DNA of 56,970 nucleotides, the filler included, from Bipalium vagum (lineage: Eukaryota): assembly GCA_037834085.1 (NCBI GenBank). It is 3 parts of 3 records of this genome, joined end to end, with 100 filler letters (N's around TTAATTAATTAA, not from the genome) between each part and the next. Parts side by side here need not be neighbours in the genome. Positions count along the whole stretch, not along the records: positions 1 to 15,560 come from JBBMKC010146668.1; positions 15,661 to 32,281 come from JBBMKC010102200.1; 1 more part is not named here. One strand, given 5' to 3'. The notes under the pieces were generated by a model. That model searched no databases, was not told the DNA's origin, and saw only the letters and a list, made by a program, of their open reading frames with translations. Each line of letters starts with the position of its first letter. The stretch's first letter is position 1. Shown here in pieces: positions 13,471-26,456 of this stretch. A program made the position numbers and the translations under genes.

Positions 13471-15560
13471 ATATTTAAACATCTCAGAATCAAAGGCAGT
13501 TAGTCGTCTTTCTGGGGTGCTTAATTCAAACTGGTATCACCATTTTTAAAAAATTCTTGTGCAATCTGACTTGACACTGATCCTTCACATATCTTTTTGG
13601 TTTTCTTATCTTCTCATATGGCTTTCCAGTAATGTCTCAGATTGACTCTAATTTCGATCTGTAATTACCTCATTTTAAAATTAAACATCTAAATAAAATT
13701 TCAAAATAAATACATGCCTTTAATATTAAAACAATCATCCATAATATATGATATCAATTAATGATTGCTTCGATATTTGAAAATTAATACTTAAAATATT
13801 TCATTATAGAAAAAGTAAGAAAATCGAGTTATTTTTATGACTCATTCTAATATCATACAAATGCGGATTTTTTATTTTTGGTCATCGATATTTCTAAGCT
13901 TATTTTACAACTAAAAATGAAGGAATGAATGAAATGAAAGATAATATTAATAATATAATATTAACAATAAAATTTAAAATATGTGAATTCTTGTTAGTTT
14001 GTGCAATAATAAATGTTATTCATGAAAATGTTCATTTCTAACTTAATAAAATATTTACTTTGATAAAAGAAGGAAGAAACTTAAAATAACAAATAGACAT
14101 CATAACAATATTTTTATTCATTTTATATTTTATACAGCATCGAAAAATTTCTTAAACCAAAATATTTAAATAATGTATACTTTTGATATGCATTTTATTT
14201 TAAATACAGACTTTGTTTGAAATAGAAATTGTTTGAAAAAAACGACAATCTAAAGGTTGAGAAAAGTGAAGAGTTACAACAAATAAAATTAATTATAAAA
14301 TCTTGATTAAATATGCTTTTTCAATTATAAACAAATGGAAAATCACCATTATTAAAGAATGTAAATAAATATAAAAGATAATTAAAAGTAGAAGAAATGA
14401 TTACAAAGACATAAGAAGATTAAAGAAAATGAGCTTAAAAATATATTCATTATATTTATATTTGAATTACTCAGAATTAAATGAATTAAAATGCGGTGAT
14501 AAATAGGAAATTCGAGAATCTCCCCGCACGTAATAGTATTTTTGTAAATGATATTTTTAATATTCCATAGATTTATATTAACTATTTCTTTTATTATTAA
14601 TATACTTATGTCTTTTGAATGGATCTGTCGCAAATTTGAGAAAGTATGCATTAGAAAAGTATATTAAAAGTATAAATAATCAATAAAAAAGGGAATGGAA
14701 TTGATAAAGCAAAATATCCCTCTTAAACTCAACATTCTATTAAAAGATTATATTATTGTAAAGATTTACGAGAAAATTTATAATTATAATTAATAAAATG
14801 AAAGATAATAATAATTTTTAAAAATTGAACCACTTTATATTTTTTAATTAATTAATTTCAGTATTTCCCCATTATTATGAGATGTCCAATAAAAAGAGAA
14901 AGAAAATTAATTAATTATTATTTTTTATTATGAATTAAATTTAATAAAATTATAATAATATCACAAAAAATAAATAAAAAATAAATTTCTAACAATCCAT
15001 AGCGAAACATTAAAGTTCTAATTAAAATCTGAATTCACTACAGTCATGCAATTATGAATCTTTGGTAAAGCATGAATTTACTTTTTTCGCTTTGAGATTA
15101 ATACAAATTCAATGTCTTAATGATTATTACACTTTACTACTTTCTTTTCAAATACAAATAGAAATGCCACATCAAAGTGACCGAAATTGTTTTATCACTA
15201 CTCACAGAGAAGATGCAGGAATCATCTTTGCATACTCAATACCTCAGATGCTCAAACCAAAGATGATAATAATCACATGTACTGCTGTTCGTCTTGAGAA
15301 AGAGAATTTGACAACTGCTATACTCAATACTCGTCAATATTTTTTATGGGAAATTATGCATAAAAAAATATTTCACATTTACAAAAAATTATTAATTAAT
15401 TTGTAATCGACAATTATAATTGAAAGGATCATGTCTATCTCCAAAATCGTATTTTAAGAATTGTCAATCCGAAGGGAAATTTTGTTTTATTAATTTCTTC
15501 ACTTATTCTCACTACACCATCACCGATTAACTTCATCGCATAGGAAACCGATAGTTCTGT

Positions 15561-15660
15561 NNNNNNNNNNNNNNNNNNNNNNNNNNNNNNNNNNNNNNNN
15601 NNNNTTAATTAATTAANNNNNNNNNNNNNNNNNNNNNNNNNNNNNNNNNNNNNNNNNNNN
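15561..15660. other. assembly gap with artificial TTAATTAATTAA spacer
   Basis: N44-TTAATTAATTAA-N44. Confidence 0.98.
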
Positions 15661-16509
15661 AAAAAATATTTCGAGGCTGAAATATTTTACTCATTAAATA
15701 AAAAATAATAATTAAATAATTCCAATGAAAAAAATATTGATTAAATTTTTTATTAAATCAGAGAGAAAATATCATTTTATGAGAAATGAATAAATTATAT
15801 TAGGAAAAGTCATTTGATTAATTTATTTTCCATTAATTTTATTAAAAAAATTATTTTATATTTATAATTTATTTAATACATAAAGTTATTTTTTTATAAA
15901 AATAATTAATTCTAAAAAAAATAAAAATTATTATTTAATTGAAAAAAATCAATAATTATTTATATTTCTTGTTTTTCTTTTTAATAAAAATTAATAAAAA
16001 ATGTTTTTGTTTAAATATTACATTATTCTCAAATAATCAATAATATAAAAATATTCAAATAAAAAAAAGCAAGAATAAAGTTTAATTTAAATTAAAACAA
16101 AAAATCATTTTTGTATAACCTTTAAATTTTTACAAAATATCCAATTATTTATTGTGACGCTTTACGACTCCAAAAATAAACCAGTCTCTGTTGCGATGCC
16201 AGAGGCAGTCATTAATTAGCGGGAGGCAAACAAATTGTGAAGGATGTGATGCTTCTATGAACACATGCATCGCAGAAATCTGTCAAAGACAGACTTCCAA
16301 GAACGAAAGTGCCTCGTTAAAATGTGTTCAACGAAACAGGCTTATAATGATCAAAACAATATGGTTGTAGATAAAATTGAACTGAACCAGTCAATATTAG
16401 TTATTTTCATAAATATATAGTGCCAAAAGATTCAAACGTCTTGTCGTGGGTTGACTTGTGCTTTGATGTGAACGTTATTATTCGGTTGAGGAAAAATATT
16501 GTCGCTTTG

Positions 16510-16920
16510 TACATAAAAAATCAAAAGTCGATGAAGTACCATGAAAACTTTTCATAAATAAAATCATAACCATCGGGGTCAACATCAATTTCCCAACGTT
16601 CTAAAAATGTATTAATACCATCTTTAAAATTTTCCGATCAAGGGATTGGACAAAAGAAACAAATGTGCTTTATATCATCTTGACTTTTGAAGGAAGAAGA
16701 ATAGATGAAAATCTGTAGAAGATATGTCTGGAGAGAAAGGTGGTTGAGCTAAAGTTTCGTAAAGCAGCAAAAATTATTTTTGTAAACCTTTGTTAGTGAA
16801 ACATAGTGGTATCGTGCTAAAGTAAAGGACGGCTACAATTCTTTAATGATGGCTATTTTAACTCAGATTTTCTTGACAATCAGTGAGTTGACGCAGTGAT
16901 AATTTCTCCCAAGAATGTAT
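16510..16920 (-). mobile_element. mariner 3' relic
   Basis: Reverse complement: ETLAQPPFSPDISS and ERWEIDVDPDG. Confidence 0.6.
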
Positions 16921-16933
16921 TTATCCTAATATT

Positions 16934-17337
16934 ATAAATCAAAGACCTGGGTATTTGATATTATAGACACCAGTGATAAGCCATAAAAAATATAAAAAGA
17001 TGGTTTAAAACAGAAAAGCAGACACTCTACTATCAATAGTTAAAAGTGTATGCCCAAAGAGTACAATTATTATAAGTGATCAATGGAAAGCTGATAATGG
17101 TATTGAAAAAATTGGATTTCGTCATTTAAAAGTCAACCATTCATTATATTCTGTAGATCCAAAAACACATGCAAATAAACAAGTAATAGAATCTTATTAG
17201 GCAACAATTAAATATTGAATTAAAATTAAAAAAGGTATATTAGAAGATAATATCGGTTTGTATCTGAAAGAATGGACGTGGAAGGATAATGCTTTCAATA
17301 ATGATTGGAACAATATGTTGAATATCATAAAAGTTTA
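16934..17337 (+). mobile_element. Merlin (IS1016/IS1595-like) DDE transposase relic
   Basis: WVFDII..DTLLSIVK..STIIISDQWKA..GFRHLKVNHS..VDPKTHANKQVIESY* matches Merlin SDxWxAY / HxxVNHS / HTQxIESxW. Confidence 0.85.
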
Positions 17338-17732
17338 ATTATTGATGTTTTAGTGTCTTATTATACATTGGTTTAATTTAAAATTTTTATTGGGGATGAA
17401 AAACGGAAGAGATCTTAAATCAATAATTAAATAAATATTAATCGAAATTTTAATAAATTCTTGGTTTGAAGTTTATATATAAAAAGCAACAACACTCTTC
17501 TTCTGCCTAAAATGAATATGTGGAACCATCTCACTTTAATTCCGAGAGCTAGACGACTATCAAATATCATTTGAAAATGAATGTGTTTGATAAACTGGAT
17601 GAAATACGGGCTGAGGTCATGAACGGCACACAATATCACTAAAATTAAATTTCATGTGCGACTGAACCATGTCACATCTTTGAAAATTTTGTATGTTATT
17701 AATATAAAAAATATTTTAGTCAAATTCTCGTA

Positions 17733-17733
<1 letters not shown>

Positions 17734-17793
<60 letters not shown>
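17734..17793. repeat. (ATT)n microsatellite
   Basis: Direct inspection; creates the spurious poly-Asn ORF. Confidence 0.95.
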
Positions 17794-17794
<1 letters not shown>

Positions 17795-18170
17795 AATATA
17801 TCAATAAATACATATTTTCGAAAGTATGTAAAAATATTGGCCAATGAAAATTTTTATTGTGTGCATAAAGTAAGTATCCGATTTTTGAGCTCAGCAAAAA
17901 TTAAATATGTTCAATTTACATTTTTATAAGGAAGAAAATTTCTAAAATTTGATTGGAGTATTTATTTTTTTTAATAAGTCGATTTATTCGATTTTAATGT
18001 CTTTCTTTTTGAACATCTGAGGACACAAGAATATAAATTTTAATAAATAAATTTTACGGTGTCAAAAATTTGCATATTTATATTGAAAATATTTCACGAC
18101 ATTACATTTTTTGGGTAGTCCAATAATTTCATGGTTTAATTATATTTAATTTATATATATAATTTCAATA

Positions 18171-18720
18171 TACAGTGCTCCAATAATTTATTGCCGCATT
18201 TAAAAATTTAGAAATGTTAAATGCTTATTACAAATTAACTTTATTGACAGTATACTATAAACAAGGTAAGGGTAATACTACTGTTAAATGTTTATCAAAT
18301 TTTAAACAAAATCCATAATTTAATTATAAAAAGAACTAATATTTAACAAATAAATTCCAAAAATTTATTGCCGCACTTTGCAAAACACAATTTTTAATTA
18401 TCAAAAATAACAAATTTAAATATTTTTAAAATGTTAGTATTTGGCTAAATTTCCAAGCGAATATATGGTTTGATAAATTCTATCTGGCGTGAAATATAAC
18501 AATACTTGCAAGACACTATTATTGATTTCCTGTCAACAACGAATTACAGCATTTTGTAGTTCTTGGATAGATTGATATTGTTTCCCTTTTGCATACACAT
18601 GGCGAGCAAGTATCTATCTCCAAAAGTTTTCAATCGGATTTAGATCTGGAGAGTATTACGGAAAGGATATAACTTCTATCTGTTTTTCTTTTAGCCAAAA
18701 GAAAATTGAATATTGATTCC
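18171..18720 (-). mobile_element. Tc1/Tc3-like (DD34E) 3' end with long IR/DR-type terminus
   Basis: YSPDLNPIENFW and PDRIYQTI..LGN..KY* on -; tacagtg terminus; 20-nt direct repeat at 18179 and 18356. Confidence 0.8.
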
Positions 18721-19696
18721 ATTTTTATTGATTTATTCTAAAGGATATTAATTTCTCTTTCAACTGGCATTTCAAATAAAGAGGATGTTACAAATAATGC
18801 AGATTGCATAATATTTTGGAATTATTGTTAATTTTAATATAAACGCCTGCACAAAATGACACGAATTTATTGGACAACTTCATACAATCGGATACTCACT
18901 TTATACAGACCATGTTTATTAAAATTATTTAAAAAGTAATTTTTATTTGTAACTGTATAATAAATAAAAGTAAAAGTAATACTCTAAAGAATAATTATAA
19001 TTAGTGAAATTGTTTACCAAATCCAAATAATTCAATATTATTTGTAAAAAATATCTTTTTTTCCAAAGAGAATATATCTACTAATTTTTAATACCATTAA
19101 TTTTTTGCTCCAGGAAAATTTCAGTTTGAACCGGTTCCAGTTTCAATTATTAATGTGTTTTTAAATCTCAATCATTATGAGACTTGGAAAAATCAATAGT
19201 GAAAAAATTACAATATTTTATTTTCGTTAAAATAGTTGAATATCAAATTCTAACTTGAAATATTTTTGATGTATCACTTAAAATATCAAATTGTAACTGA
19301 CTTTTAAAAATTGAATTGAGAAACAAATTTCTTTTTTGATATATTTAAACAAAAACAACAATCACTAATTTCAATATTTAAAATAAGTGAATTAAATTTT
19401 AGTGACAGTTTTTAATGTTTATTAAGAATTAAATAAAAATTAATAATTTATAAAATATTCTAAATAACAAAATATATTTAAAAAATAAAAAATAAATATA
19501 AAAATGTTTTAAGTAGTAAAAAATTCCTTAGTCTTAGTTAAACCATTTTTTATTAATTGAATTGAATAAAAGTAATTAATTAATAATAAGGGAACAAAGT
19601 TAAGTTATAAATATAGTATAGTAGCATTATTAGAAATGTTAGGGAAAATTGCTGGCTTATTTGTATATCGAATTGATTTTGCTGAAATATTTGCGC

Positions 19697-20276
19697 CTAG
19701 AAAGGGGAAAAGCAACCGAACTGATGCAAATCTGTTTCCTAACATAAGCAACAGTCGATGGATGTGGGTAAAAACATAAAATTTACTTTGTCGTTCATTT
19801 GTCATTTGATAAACTTTGGTTTATTTTCCGTCCCAGCCATTCTGAACTGAAAATTCTACTGACATTTCAAGAGTACTGTTTTAAAATGCCCTTGTCACTT
19901 GTCAGAATGGGCGAATATCTCGTTGGAAGTGGATTTTTATATTATAAAACTAAAAAAGGCATTTGATAAATGCATCGTTATTTCCCTCTAGTAGTTGACG
20001 GTAAAGGAAAAGTAATTCTTTCTGCGAAAACATTAATAATTCAACAGAGATCCATGTCTTTCTCTATAATGTGATACATTATGCATTTTAAAATTTTAAA
20101 ACAATTTTTTGTTGAAAATTTTTCGATTTTTGTTTAAATTCTTGGTGAAAATTTGGAAGTTTAGTTTTAGAAACTCATGACCTTAATTTCATTGACTATT
20201 TCTCGAGGCTTAATGGTCTATTACCAATTTTTTCAACTATCAAACTCTAAACTTTTTTCCAGCTTCATGAACGTCC
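19697..20276 (-). pseudogene. decayed Ser/Thr protein kinase pseudogene
   Basis: Collinear kinase-like motifs across frames on the - strand: VEKIG, IVNEIKVM, ELLFLYRQLLEG, HFQRDIRP/ILTSDKGILK, MAGTE, (intron) ETDLHQFGC. Many stops and frameshifts. Confidence 0.55.
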
Positions 20277-20769
20277 TAGGCAACACTATAAGAATGAAAG
20301 TCAGATAAAAAAGATAAGATTAACCTAATCAATTGTCAAGGGTTATTATTTTTGAGATTGTACTAATTCAATGATTTCATTGGCTATATATTAGATTATA
20401 CATTTATTAATCTTGTGAACAAAATCAACTTATTTTTTTCTTGTTCGCCTTTTATCAGTTAAAATTTAACTAAAATATTTAGAATTAACTGAACTTATCT
20501 TATTTTATCATAATATTATTTTATTATTAAATTATTAATTAATTAATTATTTAATTATTAATATATTAATTTATGTTTCAAAAATTTATTTTATTAAATT
20601 CTAAAATGAACTTAAGTAAAACGTTATGTTTGACAATAAAACAGACGCATTATATTAATTTATTGAATAAACAGGTTTGTTTAAATAGCGGCAGAATTAG
20701 GTGCGCGTTTTGAAAAATAAATTTTATACAAAAAATGTCTTCTATTGATATTACGCGTAATAGGATGAA

Positions 20770-20960
20770 TAAAAGGATTATTTAATAGTTTACGATTGTT
20801 GACATCAGATTGTAAGCAAATATGAAACTGGATACTGTTAAAGAAAGACTAGAAAAGAATAAATTTCCAAATAAAAACCTAAAAAAGATCATTAATGATA
20901 TGGTTAACAAATACCAAATAAGAAAGATATCAAAGAAGTTCCAAATTTTTAATAAAATAA
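20770..20960 (+). mobile_element. Penelope-like retroelement fragment (RT C-terminal region)
   Basis: KGLFNSLRLLTSD/(frameshift)KLDTVKERLEKNKFP..KKIINDM resembles the Penelope RAxxxxS..ELxxIxxxLxxNGYP pattern. Confidence 0.5.
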
Positions 20961-21117
20961 AAAACAACTTTTTTCTAAAGAACTTAAGACCCTCAAGAAG
21001 GAGGTTGAAAAAAAGTAATTTCAAAAATAAGGACAAAGAATTATTTTAAAAATATTGTTACATGTAAATAAAGGATTCCTCGACTTTTGAAGAGATAAAT
21101 TATGTGAATTTTTATAG

Positions 21118-24100
21118 GAAGACAGCAAGCCTAATTTCAACGACATGGACGACGAGGACATAGCTGATTACAATTTTATGACATTACCAGTAAGCGAAAG
21201 AAAAAAGTTGTTTGCGTTTCCAAATAAACAGATGCTTTCAAAAACAGGTGAAATAATAACAAGTATGAATAAAGATTATTTTACTTTACTTTTAGTACCA
21301 AGACAACGAACCCAGAGCTACAGGCCTGCTCATAAATCTCATCAGACACTTCCGAAAACGCAAACAACAGTTTTTCTTAGGAAACCACAAGAGTATGGTT
21401 GGAGTCCAAGTCAGGAAAAAATGGAAAAAGCTAAAAGGGTATTGTCTAATCAATCAACTGTTCCATTAAGATACCAAAACACTCTGAATGAGTCGGTAAG
21501 CCATTTTATTTTTTCAAGTATTTCTGACACCTTTGTAGCCTAGAGTTACGAAACCACAGTATGAGACAGTGAAAAAGAGTTATTATACCCACAGTCAGAC
21601 AGTTCCAGCATTGGATTCACCAAATCGAAGATTCAGTTGGAACAATTCAACGCCAGTCGAATCGAGACATATTCTTACTTTGTCTGGCTTGAATTCCTTT
21701 AACAATGAATATGAGCATCATTACGATGGGAATAAAGTCAAGAGTCAAATAAAGCACGTTTATCACTGCCGTCAAAATGATGACAGTTCGAGAATCGAAC
21801 CTTCAATCATGGTTATTCCATCTGATAGGCAACCTCAAAATCTACATGTACATACATACAGGACTATGTAAATATGGCCTAGTGAAATGATGATAAAATA
21901 ATAATATTTTATATTTCAGAAATCAACCAAAATCTCCAGTGCAATCTCCAAGATATTTTAGACCAGCATATCCAGCTTTCAGTACAGACCACTCTGCCAT
22001 AGACAATTTGTCAACAATCTCTGTGCGCAGTGAGCCGTATTATAAGAGATTTGATAAAAGCCTTAGTTATGAGAAAACCGGGGTGAGTTACTGATAAATA
22101 GAGCGTCTCATTAATGAATATAAGAACTGGATTATCTTCGAATCAATAGTCTATTAAAACTGAGCAGATCTTTGATTATAAAAGACTTTCGGTGCAGATA
22201 TATATTATTTCTTTTTCATTAATGTTTTGAGTGAGACAACAAGTATTACTTGTTTTGATTTAATTATAACTACATTTTTTAATTAATTAAAAATATATTT
22301 ATTATTAATAATATTAATATGGAGTGAAGAAATTAGGTTTTAAAATTATAAATGCGTGTTTAAATGAATAACATTTATTATTGCATAAACCACCTATAAT
22401 CGCGCATTTTAAAGTTAAAGTTTATTTGTCATAATATTTTATTAAGATTATCTTTCATTTCATTCAGTTTTACCCGAGACATATAAATAAGGAAAAATAC
22501 AAAATTCACATTTCTTTGTCACAGAATCTTATTGAACAACATGCGATGTGATCGGTAATATTGCTTTATTAGTGATTGTCTATGCAGGGGATGGTTTCAA
22601 CTATTTAAACATAGAAATGTAGGTTTGAAAAACGATCAACATGGATGACGTTGCCAAAAGGTAGAAGATGATAACTTAAAAGAAGTCATTGAGATAGATC
22701 CTCGGCAAAATACTCCAGAACTTGCTGAAAGGTTTAAAGACCGCCACATGGCCATAACAAATCGTTTACATTCAATTGGCAAAATAAGTACATATGGAAA
22801 ATGGATTCCACCTCAACTTAGTCTTGAAAACAGGACAACTTTGGAAGAACTTCGTTAGGGGGTTCAGTACACAAAATTCAGTAGTGATGTTTCTTGTCAT
22901 ACCCATTTAGGGAAAAAGTGAATTAAAAAGAATTACTGTTTATTTCAACAATTAGACTTCACACATTACAATTATTTCAACATAATCTTCGTCATGTAAA
23001 TTATGAATAATTATTTTTGATTTTGAATGGATAAAGTCGAAGATTTTTTCGTAATACATTACATACAGCTTTAACAGTACAACAAACGTACTTACCAATG
23101 TCATAACGACTTCTTCATAAACCTGACTTATTTTGCATATTTTTCGTCTTTAATTAACGGTTTTTCAGTCTTCAAAAAATCTCAAAGAATCTTAGTATCT
23201 TTAAATTTGACAAATATCTTCATTGTCCTCACTGTAAGCTTTTCAAATTTCACGTGCCTAACTGCTGTCTGACTAATGTGACTGTTTTCATCTTAACTAT
23301 CAGTAAAATAATTTACAATCTTACTTCAATGGAGAATATGATTAAAGTTTGAATTTACTGATATTAAGTCGATAATAATATCGACTTATTAAAAATGTTC
23401 ATTCTTAGATTAAGTTTCGGAAATTCTATTTCTTAGAACAATGTAAATTGAATAATTGTATATTCACGTTATATTTCCTTTACAATATACACATGCTTAA
23501 TTTTTTAATTATTTCACCAATGGATAATAAATAATAAGCCTCCAAATATAACTTAAATCTCAATTATTAAATCTTTCTTATTGAATTTCCCAGAGAAAAA
23601 TGTCAAATCTTTATTAAAAATATGTACAGGAAAAAATCAAATTTCGGATAAAAATATTTCGGTTTTGACATTTCTAATAATCTTTTTGGATTTTGATTTA
23701 TTCGCCAGCTCGGCAAAACTGTATTTTATATTTATTAAAATATTGTATATGTTTTAAACCCTTTTTATTTTTTCTTAATTAAAAATAATTAAGCAACTTT
23801 TTAAATTTATCTTTGGTATCTGTTCTTGAATAAAAAGTAAGCTCTATAAGTAAATATGATAAATGATGTATCAGGTTATTTCAAAATGAATGTCGGTTTT
23901 TGTACATCTGATTTATTGAACGTTATTTCAATATTTTTGTTGTTGTTTTAATACATATTATATATATAATTTTAAAGCGTTCAATTTGAATTATATTTTC
24001 ATAAGTGTTTCATCATTATTTAATTTTAAACTACGTTATTATTAAATCTTAAAGATTAAATGGAAAATAATCAGTTACGAGCAATTATCTTTATGAGTTT

Positions 24101-26456
24101 AAACTGAAATAAAAAAATAGAGGCAAGTCACATCATGAATTTGGCATTGGACGATAGAACGACTGTCGAACGTATCTTAAAACATTGGTTCAAAACGTCT
24201 CGGGATGGGGATAAGACACTCGAAAATAATGATGGTTGTGATTGAAAGACTTCATACGATAATGACAAATAAAAAGCATTGGCAAAGGCGACTGCAAATA
24301 CCACAGTCAGAGACCTTGTAAAGACCTAGGTGTTACAATTGGAACATTTCTGAATCATCTGAGAGAAATAGTAAGTCAAAAAAGCTCGACAAATGGGTTC
24401 CACACAACTTAAATGAGACAACTCAGTTTGAGATCTCCTCTTCACACTTCTCAATTCCATATCTTGAAACTGTGCTGATAAACGGAATCAAAAACCATTA
24501 GTCGATATAAATAGAGAAATAGTTTCCATGATATCAAAATATGCTCAAAAACATGATAAAAGTTTTTTGCAAAGTAAAAAGTCAGGTCAAGTGTTACTAT
24601 AAAAATGTTAAAGAAACTTTGTAAAAATATGTTTTGCAATTCTGACTGCACTTGCTTTACTCACCAAAGCATTGCACCATCTTGCTTTTATCTCCATACA
24701 TGTAATATATTCTTGTTGAGCACAACTTTATATTTTACGAAAATAATAAAAACTGGGCCAGTCGGCAAATTGTTTCAAAATATTAACATTTTTTCTATCG
24801 TGGAATCCATTTACTTCTTGAGATGGATAAAGGTTGTAGATACCAACGGAAATTACTGAGTTAAATAAATGTTTCGTTACTTTCAAATGAACTAATTATA
24901 TTTTTTAAAAATGATGGGAATTACTCCTTACTTCTAATATTATTTATATTATTATATTATATTATATTATATTATATTATATTATATATATTATTATTAA
25001 CCTTATTTCTTTTTATTAATTTTTTAAAATAGCCAAGTATTGAAGAACATAAAAATAAGTAAAATTTCAAATGTAAAAGTTTTGTCCTGCGATAATTCTT
25101 AAATTATCTCAAGGGAAAATCGACTTTGTATAGTTTTCCTAATATAATTAGACAAAAGAAATTTAATAATATAATGTATAGGATGTCTTATTTTCATATA
25201 TAATTTATTATTCATGTCCCCTTTATTGATTATCAAGGAGTGGTAAATTGATTAAAAATGTAAAGCTGATACAAATTATTTTTATACCAATATATAAATA
25301 AATAAGTATTCCTTAATATAAAATGAAAAGATAACAGCCTAAAAAAAATTATTGATTGAAATGAAAACTATTCCTATATAGAGATTTCTTGAAAGCCATC
25401 CGATTATTTATAGAATACATAAATAAGAGTTCTGATTTTTGATTTTTTCCCTAGTCAGAAACCTGTTCAGGACTTAAAATAATGTGGTAAGAAAATGCTT
25501 AAAGGTCCAAAGAATATATTCGATGAAGTGCGGTTTTAAAGTTTTTAAAAAATAAGTAAATATTTTTGTAATATAACTGTGACGATATACTTCATATTTA
25601 AATTTATATCATTGAAATATCTTTCTATAATTTTCATTGGAATGTAATTGTCGGGAAAAAATTTCTTTAATTTTTTTCAGCAGTACCTGCTCTTTACTTT
25701 TTTCAAATAAAATTTTAAAATAAGCGTGCTGTTCTGCAAATCTATTGGATTTTTTCATTTTTCTAAAATTAAAACTGTCATTTAAATTATATGAGAATAT
25801 ACTAACTTATATTAAGCTATTTAAACAAAAATATATCGATAATAATGATTAAATAAAGAATTATTTAAAATTCTTCATCCAAATTTTTCATGAATTAGAT
25901 TAATATTCTAATGGATAAGCGCAATTCAAAATGATGTACCACTCTAAAATAATAAAACAATATTTCATTAGGAAAGTCATGACGAAAAATTAAATATTAA
26001 AAAAGCAACAAATTAATTTTCAACCTTAAATGCCTGTATTATAGTAAATCTCTTAAAATTATAATTCTTATTTTTGATTAATGACAGTCTTATCGAATAA
26101 ACCGGGATTCTGCTTCGGTACAAAGAGATTTTCAACCAAAAATGAGTACTTTACAAATCGGGGAACCTAGAACAAGAATTGTTGCAAATCCTGCCTCTCC
26201 AACTTGCCATTTGAACTTGTCGTTCTGGGGACCCGATGGCCAGCTCCATAGAAGTTATGAACCACCAAGCCAAATTCACAATATCCACGTGTCTCCGAAA
26301 ATGACGGACTCGAGACCATTTCATAATGAAACAATCAAGAAATCTCACTCAACTCTAGTTATAAATCCAAATAGAATATCCAACGAATATGTAAACCCTC
26401 GTGTCACTTGGCAGAGGAACCACAGAGATAGTTTGGATGGAGTTTCAGATTTTTAG
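21118..26456 (+). CDS. Ser/Pro-rich, likely disordered multi-exon coding segment; N-terminal part of the ARHGAP39-like gene or a separate gene
   Basis: join(21118..21247,21296..21495,21539..21867,21920..22082,26088..26430 or ..26456). GT-AG introns of 48, 43, 52 and 4005 nt, phase-consistent and open throughout (EDSKPNFNDMDDEDI..LPVSERKKLF..; SPVQSPRYFRP; SYRINRDS..RNHRDS). No recognisable folded domain. Confidence 0.75.
22540..22860 (+). mobile_element. mariner 5' relic
   Basis: WFQLFK..VEDDNLKEVIEIDPRQNTPELAERF..NRLHSIGK...GKWIPPQL. Confidence 0.8.
24000..24940 (+). mobile_element. decayed mariner in the 4-kb intron
   Basis: MENNQLRAI.., HWFK..GD..LEN, KSKKLDKWVPHNL, RWIKVVDTNGNY. Confidence 0.8.
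24948..24990. repeat. (ATATT)n microsatellite
   Basis: Direct inspection. Confidence 0.85.

Noticed and set aside
15605-15616. Palindromic TTAATTAATTAA islands inside N runs (also 32326-32337)
   Set aside because: Identical artificial linker with stops in all six frames; an assembly artefact, not biology.
17652-17897. Poly-Asn ORF
   Set aside because: Translation of an (AAT)n microsatellite.
1940-20276. Alternative genetic code or stop readthrough to explain stops in coding-like blocks
   Set aside because: The intact gene reads cleanly in the standard code, and the broken blocks also have frameshifts, indicating decay.
23365-23388. 10-bp perfect hairpin (taagtcgata-ataa-tatcgactta)
   Set aside because: No Helitron CTRR end or other context; plausible by chance in AT-rich DNA.
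26160-26185. EPRTR resembling the ARHGAP39 first-WW-domain sequence
   Set aside because: The flanking Trp/Tyr residues of a WW domain are absent; probably coincidence.
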